Source: an archaeon (GTDB taxonomy: Archaea > Aenigmatarchaeota > Aenigmatarchaeia > GW2011-AR5). From it: DNA of 64,000 nt. A program made the translations under genes and the position numbers. Position 1 is the first letter of the stretch. Each line of letters starts with the position of its first letter. The notes below the pieces were generated by a model. It made no database searches. It saw nothing but the letters and a program-made list of their open reading frames with translations, and was not told where the DNA came from. The stretch is from the NCBI GenBank assembly GCA_028279825.1, contig JANQNA010000003.1, positions 114,266 to 178,265 of the forward strand. Reading direction: 5' to 3'. Shown here piece by piece: positions 1 to 9,267 of this stretch.

Positions 1-1
1 T

Positions 2-1534
2 GTAAGATATACAGTACCGCAGGACGTTATTGTCCTGCCTTATGAATACCAGTCAATATTTGCGTTCATATGTAACTTCGACATAACCAGAACATCCGGA
101 ATAAGAACGGGACTGGTGACGGCTGAAATTCCCGAATACACGTTTGTTTTAGCAAAGGAAAAGGACATTCCTGTAACACCTCCGATAGGAATAACTTATG
201 ATCCTTACGAAAAAGAATGCAATACATGCGGCGACGGTGCCACGACGATAGGAGAACTGTTCAGTTTGTGTACAAGACAGAAGTGTCATGATTTGTCAAC
301 AGACAAGGGTAAATGTTGGTACCAGGAATACGACGGCAGTTTAGGTTTTGGTGAACTGACTGAATACGCTTCATCCTCATTTAGTGATATATGTCATTCA
401 TGCGGCACGAAGCCGTCCTGTGACAAATTTGTGCACCCAACACAATGTGAGGGAGAAGACGAGGCGTGTGGCTTGAACTGTTACTGGGACTGGGAAGATA
501 GAAGAGCTTCAACACTAGAGGTAGGCGCAAACTTCCAGGGAAGCCACCTTGATGCAAGCGACGGTGTATGCAAAGAAAAAGAGGCAGTAAAGCTCGGAGA
601 TTGTTCCAATGTCAATACAGACGAATACAACACTTACAGAAGTGCCATAGCAAGATCTATAGAATTTCATGGATTAAGAACTTATGTTGAAAATCCGGAG
701 GCATTGGTAGCTGCAATAATATCGCAGGAATCAGCTTGGAGAGCAGATGTGACAGGTGACGGCGGCAGATCAAAAGGCCTGATGCAGATATACATCAGCA
801 AACATCCTGAATGCGACGCGGAAACAATAATGGACCCTGAGGCAAACATAGACTGCGGTGTGAAAATACTTTCAGACATAGCCAGAACAAAAAACATAAA
901 CACACCAAGAGTCTACCAGTGTAAAGGTGTTAGTTACAGCGGAACAGATGCTATACTGAGATGGTACAACGGCTGGCCTTCAGACTGCTCCGGTACTCCT
1001 GACTACGTGCCAGAAGTAAAGCAGCGCTACAGCAACTGGATAGCCTGCTTTGAAACACAGGAAACATGTACAAGGTGCCAGCAAAAGGAACAATACTGGT
1101 GCACAACGGAAACACCAAGTGAAAAAGAAGGTATTTGCCAGGCTGAATTACCATGCAGCAACAGCATTTATCTTAACTATGTACTGTCATGCCCGGGCAA
1201 TGCACAGACACAGCCTACAACATGCTCAGCATGTATTACTTCCAACCAGGTTTGGTGTTCTACCGAAGTACCTCATGAAACAAACGGCCTTTGCCAGCCA
1301 TCACAACCATGCGGCTCTGCATATCCTAAGTATGTTGAAATATGTCCGGAATCTCATTACACAATTTCATGTACAAGCTGTACCCAAAGAGGCCAGTTCT
1401 GGTGTTCATCCGCTCCGCCCAGCGAAACAAGCGGTTCCTGCCAGACTTCAGCATCTTGCGAACCTGCAAATCCGCATCCAGTACAGGACTACAGGAACTG
1501 TCCGGCTTACACAGACCCAATACCTTTTGCCTAG
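2..1534 (+). CDS. Cys-rich protein with lytic transglycosylase (SLT) domain and three C-terminal PSI-like repeats; 5'-truncated
   Basis: Frame is open from base 2, so the ORF-track GTG at 116 is probably internal. SLT motifs AIISQES (catalytic Glu), GLMQI, ANIDCGVKIL, WYNG, YVPEV. Three C-terminal CxxC-x6-WC repeats. Confidence 0.85.
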   Translation, partial: VRYTVPQDVIVLPYEYQSIFAFICNFDITRTSGIRTGLVTAEIPEYTFVLAKEKDIPVTPPIGITYDPYEKECNTCGDGATTIGELFSLCTRQKCHDLSTDKGKCWYQEYDGSLGFGELTEYASSSFSDICHSCGTKPSCDKFVHPTQCEGEDEACGLNCYWDWEDRRASTLEVGANFQGSHLDASDGVCKEKEAVKLGDCSNVNTDEYNTYRSAIARSIEFHGLRTYVENPEALVAAIISQESAWRADVTGDGGRSKGLMQIYISKHPECDAETIMDPEANIDCGVKILSDIARTKNINTPRVYQCKGVSYSGTDAILRWYNGWPSDCSGTPDYVPEVKQRYSNWIACFETQETCTRCQQKEQYWCTTETPSEKEGICQAELPCSNSIYLNYVLSCPGNAQTQPTTCSACITSNQVWCSTEVPHETNGLCQPSQPCGSAYPKYVEICPESHYTISCTSCTQRGQFWCSSAPPSETSGSCQTSASCEPANPHPVQDYRNCPAYTDPIPFA

Positions 1535-2331
1535 ACTCCCATTATAAGTCTCAAGAAATTACGTAGTCCCGGAGCCAGACCAAGTATAATTATAATGAAT
1601 TTTATGAACATACGTTCTTCTTTTTTATTTACTTCTTTGTCCAGAACATGTAACACTATAGCAATTACTACAAATTTCAGCACAAACATGACAGCCGGAC
1701 CAAACAAACCTATCAAAAAGGAAGGTAACACATGCTGCTCAAAATACGGGAAATAGCTGATCGCAACAAATGTTGTCGTCGCGTCAAACATGTGAACATC
1801 AAGGATTGCAGTATTTTCCCACGTGAAGAATTTTTCTAGCTTTTTGATTCTATCGGAAAACTTCTTTACGAATATTAGCAGAATTGTCCAGAATATCGTA
1901 AGAACAACCATGACCGTTAAGGCCAGCTGATTCACAACAGTCACCTGTGTTAGGAATATCAGAACTAAAGCAATACCGATTATAAACCATATTTTATGAT
2001 AAGCTAACTTTACATATCTCTCGGCAAGTTTCGAACCGGCCAATGCTACAAACGCCACAGCAAAGACAGCAAAATAGATCAGCGGTGTTTTAAAGAGAAG
2101 GCTGCTGAGTATTTGGGCATCCTCCAGCGCCCTTAGCGCGCCGCCAAGAATTATGAACGGAAAAACACCAAATACGAATTTGTCATCTATCTTTATCTTC
2201 AGGTATCTTAGAAGTTTCAGCGTAGCAAAGGCTGCCAATATGAGTATCAGTGCATAAGCAACAGTATTGTAAATATTGTATCCCGTACCCTGTACCAACG
2301 GATCTATAAAGTATTGTTCTACGAACCCCAC
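1531..2331 (-). CDS. DUF63 family archaeal multi-pass membrane protein
   Basis: GYNxYNT, GGALRALED, DATTTF and YFEQHVL motifs with a C-terminal LGLAPGLRN. Confidence 0.85.
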   Translation of the reverse strand: MGFVEQYFIDPLVQGTGYNIYNTVAYALILILAAFATLKLLRYLKIKIDDKFVFGVFPFIILGGALRALEDAQILSSLLFKTPLIYFAVFAVAFVALAGSKLAERYVKLAYHKIWFIIGIALVLIFLTQVTVVNQLALTVMVVLTIFWTILLIFVKKFSDRIKKLEKFFTWENTAILDVHMFDATTTFVAISYFPYFEQHVLPSFLIGLFGPAVMFVLKFVVIAIVLHVLDKEVNKKEERMFIKFIIIILGLAPGLRNFLRLIMGV

Positions 2332-2366
2332 AAATGTTTAATACTAGGGAAGTTTATAAACTAATT

Positions 2367-3566
2367 ATGAGAGCATTAATACTTGTGTTACTTGTTGTTA
2401 TGGCCAGCGGCTGTACTTTGCCCGGGTTTCCCAACGTTTTTGGAAGTGATGCTGTAAATGTGCAGCAAAAAGTTGTGGAAAACGGCGTAAAAGACGTTAT
2501 TGTTGTCAAGGACATCCAGACAATACCAACTTCACCATTATTGCCAAGTCAACAGTTATTACTTTCTTTCATAATTGAAAACCGGGATGCCCTTAAATCA
2601 AGCATTGTGAGCGTTGACTTGTTTGACGCACCCACGATGAGGGATGCCACAGGTGGAAGTCTATGCAATCTTTACACGCAGGATTCAATTGATTACAGCT
2701 GTGGTGAAGGCCAGACATGCACAAGACCGGAATCATGCAACGGTATAATTTCCGGGATAAGGTGCTCCACGGATGCTGGGTATTACTGCTGCTTTTTGGG
2801 CCTTGGGCATGCACCTCTGGAAAGTGTAGGTTTGTGCAGGCCTGATCAGTGCGGCACGGAAGGCTGTATAATCCTGCCGGGTGAAGAAAAACCAGTTACA
2901 TTTGTTATGAGAACACCTACGGAGAGCGATATAACCGGCATAAGAACAGAGACAAAAATTAGTTTCAAGACAAGCTACAAGTTCAACACTTCTTTGAATT
3001 ATCTTGTTCCTGCCGTCAACATGGACGAAGTTATAAGCAGGCAGAGGAGCGGTGATAAAACAGATATAGCAATAACAAAGGCCCATGGTTCCGGACCGGT
3101 CCAGATAGACATGGAACTTCAGGGGGCACCTTACATCATTTCCGGGTTGGACGTATCAGACCCTTACGCTACAGACTACACCCATACTAACCCCGAGTCA
3201 GTCTTAATATTCAAGATAAGGAATGTCGGCGCCGGTAATCTTGTGAACTCTGAGATACAGCCGGGTGGCATGAGAATTGAATTTCCTCAGGAATTCAAGT
3301 TAGTAGAAACAAACGGAGTTGTCAATGAAAAATTCACCTGTTATGGCAATAACGTTTGCGTAAACACGCGCACTGTCAACGGCCAGGAACTGGGAGCAAT
3401 TCCTCTTTACAAGGATGAATCAAGATCTTCGATAAGATTTGCTGTTAAGCTACAACAACCTCTCTTGCAGCCGTTCCAGACTTATCCGGTGAAAGCAACA
3501 GTCAACTATTGGTATGAGCTACGGAATTCAAAAGATGTTACAATAAACCCGTTCCAGAATGTGTGA
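2367..3566 (+). CDS. Putative lipoprotein, paralog 1 of 4, with Cys-rich insert
   Basis: Start reassigned to MRALIL. Lipobox-like ASGC; shares GP(V/L)xI, IxNVGxG and terminal YxY motifs with its neighbours. Confidence 0.75.
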   Translation: MRALILVLLVVMASGCTLPGFPNVFGSDAVNVQQKVVENGVKDVIVVKDIQTIPTSPLLPSQQLLLSFIIENRDALKSSIVSVDLFDAPTMRDATGGSLCNLYTQDSIDYSCGEGQTCTRPESCNGIISGIRCSTDAGYYCCFLGLGHAPLESVGLCRPDQCGTEGCIILPGEEKPVTFVMRTPTESDITGIRTETKISFKTSYKFNTSLNYLVPAVNMDEVISRQRSGDKTDIAITKAHGSGPVQIDMELQGAPYIISGLDVSDPYATDYTHTNPESVLIFKIRNVGAGNLVNSEIQPGGMRIEFPQEFKLVETNGVVNEKFTCYGNNVCVNTRTVNGQELGAIPLYKDESRSSIRFAVKLQQPLLQPFQTYPVKATVNYWYELRNSKDVTINPFQNV

Positions 3567-3570
3567 TCCT

Positions 3571-4392
3571 ATGAAAGCATTACTCCTGGTATCTTTGATA
3601 ATTCTAGTTAGCGGATGTACGTCCGTGGCTACTGAAGGTTTATCAGTAACTCTGCAGGCAAACCCGTCAAGAATATTCTCCGAGAGTTTTTCTACATTGC
3701 ACATAGATCTGGATAATCATGATTCCAAAATGCTCAGTAACGTTGTTGTGAGTGCATTTGACACAGGCATATTGAAAGCGTACAATGTTGACAATTATGG
3801 TAACGTTGTCTATGAAATCTGTTCAGTGGACGTCGGGAATATAGTACCTTATGAATTCAGAACAGTTTCCTGCCTGCTGCACGCACCTGCTCTGGAAGAA
3901 TCAGTGCAGACGGAAGTAAACACGCGCGTCAATTTCAACTCTTTCCTGGAAACAAACCAGTTATTCGAGATAATAACGGAAAACGAATATCAGAGAAGAG
4001 TGGCTCTGGGAAACTATGAACAGAAATCGAGAAGCTACACACACAGGGACAGCAATGTAATGGTAGAAATTGACTTCAACGAGCCCCTGCCATTGATAAT
4101 GACGCCGGGAAAGAAGTACTTTGTGTATTTCCAGATAACAAACGTGGGACCTGGAATTGTTGGTGATATAGCACCGGGCCAGTTTTTGATACACACGGCC
4201 GGTGATATACTGAGATGCCCTACCGAAGTCATTTTGACTCTCAACGGGCGCGAATTTCCCCGTGTAGCATGCGAGATTGTCCTGGACAGGGATTACCTTC
4301 AGGGTAAAGAATTTGTTGTTTCAGACATAGGAACCTCACTTGCATACAATTATGAGCTGAGAAATGCGCTCAAAATAGACGTTCTTAAGTAA
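3571..4392 (+). CDS. Putative lipoprotein, paralog 2 of 4
   Basis: MKALLLVSLIILVSGC signal peptide/lipobox; ITNVGPG and YNYELRN motifs. Confidence 0.75.
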   Translation: MKALLLVSLIILVSGCTSVATEGLSVTLQANPSRIFSESFSTLHIDLDNHDSKMLSNVVVSAFDTGILKAYNVDNYGNVVYEICSVDVGNIVPYEFRTVSCLLHAPALEESVQTEVNTRVNFNSFLETNQLFEIITENEYQRRVALGNYEQKSRSYTHRDSNVMVEIDFNEPLPLIMTPGKKYFVYFQITNVGPGIVGDIAPGQFLIHTAGDILRCPTEVILTLNGREFPRVACEIVLDRDYLQGKEFVVSDIGTSLAYNYELRNALKIDVLK

Positions 4393-4461
4393 TTTTTTAA
4401 GTTTGTTCAATTACAAAACTTATTTAAGCCACCAGAGGGTAATAATAAAAAAGATGGTTAT

Positions 4462-5430
4462 ATGAAAAAGGCAATAATACTTCTACTATTGGTTGTACTC
4501 GTTGCGGGTTGTACAAGTATGAGGCCGGTTAACACCAGTACAAGTCGTGGTGTTACAGTTACAACATTCTTTGCAACACCTATACAGTCAGATACAGGCG
4601 ACCTTGTTCTTTTTGACGTTGAAGTGGAGAACATTGGGGGCACAACCGCCAGGAATGTCCAGGTAGATCTTTATGGAGTAGAAGGCCAGTGGAGAGACAG
4701 GCTTGGCAATCTGCTTGACTCAACACTTACTCAGTGGGGAACAACAACACTTAAACCGCCACGCCCTGACAGAAACATCCCGGGCCAGATAAGGGCAACG
4801 CAGTGGGAGATAATGACCCCTGACATTCCACAGGGACTTTCAATAAACCACCCGATAGAGGCAAGAGTATCTTATGATTACAACACAAGCGGTCACTTAA
4901 TGGTCAAGCTTGTGTCAGAAGATGAATTCAGAAGAAAGCAGGTTCTTGGCGAGACAATAGACACTCCGTTTGAGATAGTGAACAGCGCAGGACCTCTTCA
5001 CATGAGTATTCCTGAGAGATACAAAACACCAATAATCATAGACACGCAGAGCGGTGATTCCGTAGAGACATATCCGTTCAGAATCCAGATTGACAACGTA
5101 GGTGATGGTTATCCTATAACGCCTGAAGACGATGGAAGGATAAGAGGAGCCGGTGGTAGATTACAGGGTACAATAGACCTGTATGGTCCTGGCGTCCAGT
5201 TTGATGAATGTCTGGGCATAAGCGGTGGAACGCACATAGATCTGGATGACGCTAATATTCTTGTAAGACTTCGCGAAATAGGACAGGGAAGCGTCCCGAT
5301 TGCATGTAACATCAAGATTGACAAGAGCATCTGGGGAACAAGACCTGTTGATTCGTTGCAGCTGATCTTCAACATAAGATACAGATACTATGTTGATGAA
5401 GTAGCAAACGTACTGGTAATAGGCCAGTAA
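4462..5430 (+). CDS. Putative lipoprotein, paralog 3 of 4
   Basis: MKKAIILLLLVVLVAGC; VENIGGTTAR, SYDY, IDNVGDG and YRYY motifs. Confidence 0.8.
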   Translation: MKKAIILLLLVVLVAGCTSMRPVNTSTSRGVTVTTFFATPIQSDTGDLVLFDVEVENIGGTTARNVQVDLYGVEGQWRDRLGNLLDSTLTQWGTTTLKPPRPDRNIPGQIRATQWEIMTPDIPQGLSINHPIEARVSYDYNTSGHLMVKLVSEDEFRRKQVLGETIDTPFEIVNSAGPLHMSIPERYKTPIIIDTQSGDSVETYPFRIQIDNVGDGYPITPEDDGRIRGAGGRLQGTIDLYGPGVQFDECLGISGGTHIDLDDANILVRLREIGQGSVPIACNIKIDKSIWGTRPVDSLQLIFNIRYRYYVDEVANVLVIGQ

Positions 5431-5538
5431 AGTCAAGATATAGTGAAACCATAGGTTTCACATATAGTTCCCAAGATAGATCCAAATTATTTCCTTGGAG
5501 AACTATATCTTTAAAATAGAGTAAACGTATGTATATTC

Positions 5539-6702
5539 ATGAAATACCTTTTACTGTTATCACTTGTTGTACTGTCTAGCGGCTGTGTGTTCTCAGGAGG
5601 TTCTGATCTGCCGTCAGCAGATGCTATAGTTGTTAATGATTTTCGCGCAGATCCATTGCTGGCAGAAGCTGATGATCTGGTAACATTTTTCCTGGATATA
5701 GAAAACGTTGGCGGAACAACTGCCAGGTGTATTACTTCTGAAATATACGGAATAGAAACCTGGTATGACGATCTTGGCCAGCCTTTGACTTATGGCGGAA
5801 CATGGACAACCGGCGGCCTTGGCTTCAGCTACACTGGCAACGGTCTAAGCTTCAGCTACTTTGATTCCGGTGACGGTTATACAAGCTTTGATTTCAACAG
5901 AGGCTTTGGAACCAGTCTGAGCTCTTTTGTGGGCGGGGCATGGGACCAGTTTTCAATGCAGTTTTGCAATTCAGCAGGCGGCTGGACGCAGTATTCTGAC
6001 ATAAAGTATTATGATTCAATGAAGCCGGCTGTTCCGGCTCAGAACAAACCGGGTCAATCCTTCACAACCCAGTGGTTTATGAGGCCTCCTATACTTCCTG
6101 AAGGTGTTCATGTGTCATACCCGGTAACAGCACGAACGTCTTATTCCTATACTTCTAATGCTGTTGTAAATTTACAGGCCTTCAACAAGGCAGAACAGCA
6201 GAGAAGAGAAGCGCTTGGCGAGCCTCTTGATTTACCGTTGATAGTCGAGACATCCTATGCCTCGCCTATACAGATAGCCCCTATTCGTGGTGTTAATCCT
6301 ATTGTTGTTAACCAGAGACAGCCTGGTTTCGAACTTGTTAACTATCTGTTTGAATTCCAGAACGTGGGAAGCGGATGGCCGTTGCCTATTGATAGTGATG
6401 CTTACGGACAAAACGGATTCATCTTTGCTACTGTAGAATTAAATGGACCTGGTGCAACATTCTATGATTGTTTAGGGGCCAACAGCGGTACGGAAATATT
6501 TGTTTACGGTAATGCAATACAGAACCTTGTAAAGTTAAGAGCAGACAGGACGGCACCATTCGGATGTACGATAGCCGTTGATAGAGCCTCATGGACAGAC
6601 AAACCTATCGGATCTATCTCACTGACCTTCAACTTATGGTACAGATACTACACGGACGCGCACACGGTAGTGGATGTCATTGGTCCGCAGGATTTGTATT
6701 GA
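5539..6702 (+). CDS. Putative lipoprotein, paralog 4 of 4, with Gly/aromatic-rich insert
   Basis: MKYLLLLSLVVLSSGC; IENVGGTTAR, SYSY, FQNVGSG and YRYY; clearly collinear with 4462..5430. Confidence 0.8.
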   Translation: MKYLLLLSLVVLSSGCVFSGGSDLPSADAIVVNDFRADPLLAEADDLVTFFLDIENVGGTTARCITSEIYGIETWYDDLGQPLTYGGTWTTGGLGFSYTGNGLSFSYFDSGDGYTSFDFNRGFGTSLSSFVGGAWDQFSMQFCNSAGGWTQYSDIKYYDSMKPAVPAQNKPGQSFTTQWFMRPPILPEGVHVSYPVTARTSYSYTSNAVVNLQAFNKAEQQRREALGEPLDLPLIVETSYASPIQIAPIRGVNPIVVNQRQPGFELVNYLFEFQNVGSGWPLPIDSDAYGQNGFIFATVELNGPGATFYDCLGANSGTEIFVYGNAIQNLVKLRADRTAPFGCTIAVDRASWTDKPIGSISLTFNLWYRYYTDAHTVVDVIGPQDLY

Positions 6703-6754
6703 GCTATATTATAGCCCAATTACTATTTTTTAAGCATTCTATTCAATTTTTCTT

Positions 6755-7315
6755 ATGTTAGACATAATAGAGAGAATCAAGGAAGCAAAGCTGCCTCTGT
6801 CTGAAGGCAATCTTGTTTTCGGTAAAGGAAACGAGAAAGCAGACATTATGTTCATTGGCGAAGCACCCGGCGAGAAAGAAGATCTTCAGGGCGAACCGTT
6901 CGTCGGAGCAGCCGGCAAGCAATTAGACAAATTGTTAGGCTCAATAGGATTGAGCCTAAATGACGTTTACATTGCCAATATCCTGAAATACAGACCGCCC
7001 GGAAATCGTGATCCTAACAAAGAAGAAATCACTGCACACACGCCTTTTCTTTTGGAACAAATCCAGAGGATTTGCCCGAAAGTTCTGATAACTTTAGGCA
7101 ACTTTTCAACAAAGTTCGTGCTTTCAGGGTTTTCGCCAGAAAACATGGAGAAGATTGATGGCATAACCAAACTTCACGGAAAGGAAAAGGTAGTGAAACT
7201 AGATGGTAAAGAAATTCTTGTATTACCTATGTTCCATCCGGCTGCTATGTTATACAACCCAGCAACGCGCGTAGCCGTAGAACAAGACTTCCAGAAGCTC
7301 AAGGCCCTGATTTAA
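6755..7315 (+). CDS. udg: Uracil-DNA glycosylase, family 4
   Basis: GEAPG, GEPFVGAAG, NILKYRPPGNRDP and FHPAA motifs. Confidence 0.93.
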   Translation: MLDIIERIKEAKLPLSEGNLVFGKGNEKADIMFIGEAPGEKEDLQGEPFVGAAGKQLDKLLGSIGLSLNDVYIANILKYRPPGNRDPNKEEITAHTPFLLEQIQRICPKVLITLGNFSTKFVLSGFSPENMEKIDGITKLHGKEKVVKLDGKEILVLPMFHPAAMLYNPATRVAVEQDFQKLKALI

Positions 7316-7336
7316 CTAGTCTGGGAAATAAGCTTT

Positions 7337-7507
7337 TTATTCCGGTTTTTTAACAGGCACAATTTCATACTTGCCTATACCGTCTCTACCTTCTGTATAG
7401 TGTATAACGCTAAGGGGATAAATAATGGGTTCAATTTCCGGTGAACCACTAAACACGCCATCAAACAATAATTCCATTTCACGCACAGCTTGTGACGATC
7501 TTGTCAT
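7337..7507 (-). CDS. Small hypothetical protein (56 aa)
   Basis: Hand-translated MTRSSQAVREMELLFDG...EIVPVKKPE; the N-terminus resembles 8306..8515. Confidence 0.5.
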   Translation of the reverse strand: MTRSSQAVREMELLFDGVFSGSPEIEPIIYPLSVIHYTEGRDGIGKYEIVPVKKPE

Positions 7508-7534
7508 AACAATAATTGTATATCAAACTATAAA

Positions 7535-7632
7535 TGCACCAGCCGGGATTTGAACCCGGATCATAAGCTATTGCCAAACTTTCATGAAAGTTTGTGGGAA
7601 GCTCACGTCCTGCCAGATTAGACTACTGATGC
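7535..7632 (-). tRNA. tRNA-Gly(CCC) with 25-nt canonical 37/38 intron (7570..7594)
   Basis: Acceptor GCATCAG/CTGGTGC+A; anticodon arm TGAGC-TTCCCA^A-GCTTA; T-arm CCGGGTTCAAATCCCGG; intron hairpin CAAACTTTC-AT-GAAAGTTTG. Confidence 0.92.
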
Positions 7633-7658
7633 CTGTTAAGAAGAAGCAAAGAAATTAT

Positions 7659-8249
7659 TTATTGTCTATGTGCAGCACATAATTTCTCTGTTGCCTCAGC
7701 GACATAGTGCCAGTCAACAACAACACGTCTGCCGTGTTCTTCCTTTAGAGACCTTTCAAGTTTTATATATTTCTCAACTTCAGCTGCTGCTTCGGGCACA
7801 ACCTCCAGAGATATTGGATGTTCTGCACTTTGTAGTGCCGTAAAGAATTGATATGCTGCGTCGGCTTCAATTTCTTTTTTTAGCTTACCCAAAAATGAAA
7901 GTCTATGAACATTAAATAATGAGACAGTAACACCTCTTTCTTGTATTCCACAAATTTCTGCATCGTAGGAATCCACCAGGCCTTCTCTACTGGAATACGT
8001 AGCCAGGCCCAGGGGACATCCAGCATCTTCCCAGCTCTCATGCCTGACAAGACTAACCCAGTTATTGAATTGTCTCCTGACTTGATCCTCAGGGACGTCT
8101 GTGTAAGAATAAACTTTGAGATCCTGTTCATTTGGATCTGATTCAATATCCAATTCAGCTAAATCAGGGAATCGCAAATCAGGGACTATAGCGTAATCAG
8201 GACTAAATATATTAACTTGCATCGGACGTCCATACCCAAAAATTGTCAT
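7659..8249 (-). CDS. Hypothetical protein
   Basis: 196-aa ORF with GAGG upstream; no family recognised. Confidence 0.6.
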   Translation of the reverse strand: MTIFGYGRPMQVNIFSPDYAIVPDLRFPDLAELDIESDPNEQDLKVYSYTDVPEDQVRRQFNNWVSLVRHESWEDAGCPLGLATYSSREGLVDSYDAEICGIQERGVTVSLFNVHRLSFLGKLKKEIEADAAYQFFTALQSAEHPISLEVVPEAAAEVEKYIKLERSLKEEHGRRVVVDWHYVAEATEKLCAAHRQ

Positions 8250-8305
8250 ACCTCAAGTTTCAATAAAGTCTATTAATACAAAGAATCAATTACGTATGAA
8301 TTACG

Positions 8306-8515
8306 CTAGTCTCTGTAATCTTCACCAACAGAAACTATTTTCACTTCTTCACGATCAGACCAGTAGTATATTCTTTTAGCATTTGGTCCCATAGGACCTC
8401 TTCGTCTGCGTGAAACGTATCTTCTTCCATGTTCCACTGTCCTAGAACAATCCCTGCCTAACAACAATTCCATCTGACGTACTGCTCGGCTCATTTCTGA
8501 CATAACACTAATCAT
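8306..8515 (-). CDS. Small hypothetical protein
   Basis: Part of a tightly packed run of minus-strand ORFs; SRAVRQMELL motif. Confidence 0.55.
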   Translation of the reverse strand: MISVMSEMSRAVRQMELLLGRDCSRTVEHGRRYVSRRRRGPMGPNAKRIYYWSDREEVKIVSVGEDYRD

Positions 8516-8780
8516 CTCCTTCTGGGTTTTCCATTTCGTAACGACAAGCCTCCATTAAAGAAAATACAGCATCTAAATCACAGCCTTTATCGTAAGGGCA
8601 AAATCCACACGGATATCTGTGCTCCCTTCCCGTTTCGAAATTCGTGACCGTACGGGCAATTAGTCTGTCCCCTTCAGTACCTTCTGCCGCATATATACGT
8701 CTTGGTCTTCTATCACGATCAAAAATACCTAATCCAAATGTTCGCTCAAACTGTCTGTTAGCACGATAAATGTCTACCAT
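8508..8780 (-). CDS. Small hypothetical protein with CxxC
   Basis: Operon-like packing; CGFC...C...C. Confidence 0.55.
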   Translation of the reverse strand: MVDIYRANRQFERTFGLGIFDRDRRPRRIYAAEGTEGDRLIARTVTNFETGREHRYPCGFCPYDKGCDLDAVFSLMEACRYEMENPEGDD

Positions 8781-8788
8781 ACCAATAC

Positions 8789-8971
8789 TTACTCCTGAAA
8801 TTTCTTAAGTCTTAGACCAGGGAAATGTGCAGGTTTGTCTGTATGTGAACATTCCATTTTACAACCCTCACATCTGTAAGTGGTTAATTCATCGCGTTTT
8901 AGTTCATAACAACCAACAAGTCCATCCATCTGTGCATAAGAACCAGTAACGGCTATTGGTTTATCTGACAT
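8789..8971 (-). CDS. Small Cys-containing hypothetical protein
   Basis: 60 aa, CEGC motif, operon-like spacing. Confidence 0.5.
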   Translation of the reverse strand: MSDKPIAVTGSYAQMDGLVGCYELKRDELTTYRCEGCKMECSHTDKPAHFPGLRLKKFQE

Positions 8972-9013
8972 TGACTATATTTGTCACAAAATAATAAAAA
9001 ACAATAACAGGAA

Positions 9014-9229
9014 TTATTCTGGAGGTTTCCAGGGTGGTATTATCTTTAAGTTCTGGATTTTACTGCAGTCATATTGTCTTGCATGCCCACTACCGAATTC
9101 AATTGTAATAGAACCGTTTTCTGCACCCTGAACCCATCCTGTAACTTCTCCAAAAAAAGACGGATACCCAAATCTCACAGGCTGACCAACATCTACCGAA
9201 TACGTCCTGTCCTTTGTCACAATATCCAT
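9014..9229 (-). CDS. Small hypothetical protein (SH3/Sm-like beta pattern)
   Basis: 71 aa; begins 2 nt after the tRNA-3'-end copy at the att site. Confidence 0.55.
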   Translation of the reverse strand: MDIVTKDRTYSVDVGQPVRFGYPSFFGEVTGWVQGAENGSITIEFGSGHARQYDCSKIQNLKIIPPWKPPE

Positions 9230-9230
9230 T

Positions 9231-9253
9231 ATGGGTCCAGCATGTATTAAACC
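9231..9253. repeat. att site: degenerate copy of the tRNA-Val 3' end
   Basis: atgggtccagcatgtattaaacc vs atgggtccagcaggaatcgaacc (20743..20765): 12 bp exact, then 4 mismatches. Confidence 0.8.
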
Positions 9254-9267
9254 GTAGGTTTGGTTCT

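Noticed and set aside
7535-7632. tRNA-Gly as the integration site for the orphan genes at 7.6-9.2 kb
   Set aside because: Its 3' end faces away from those genes and I found no duplicated fragment.
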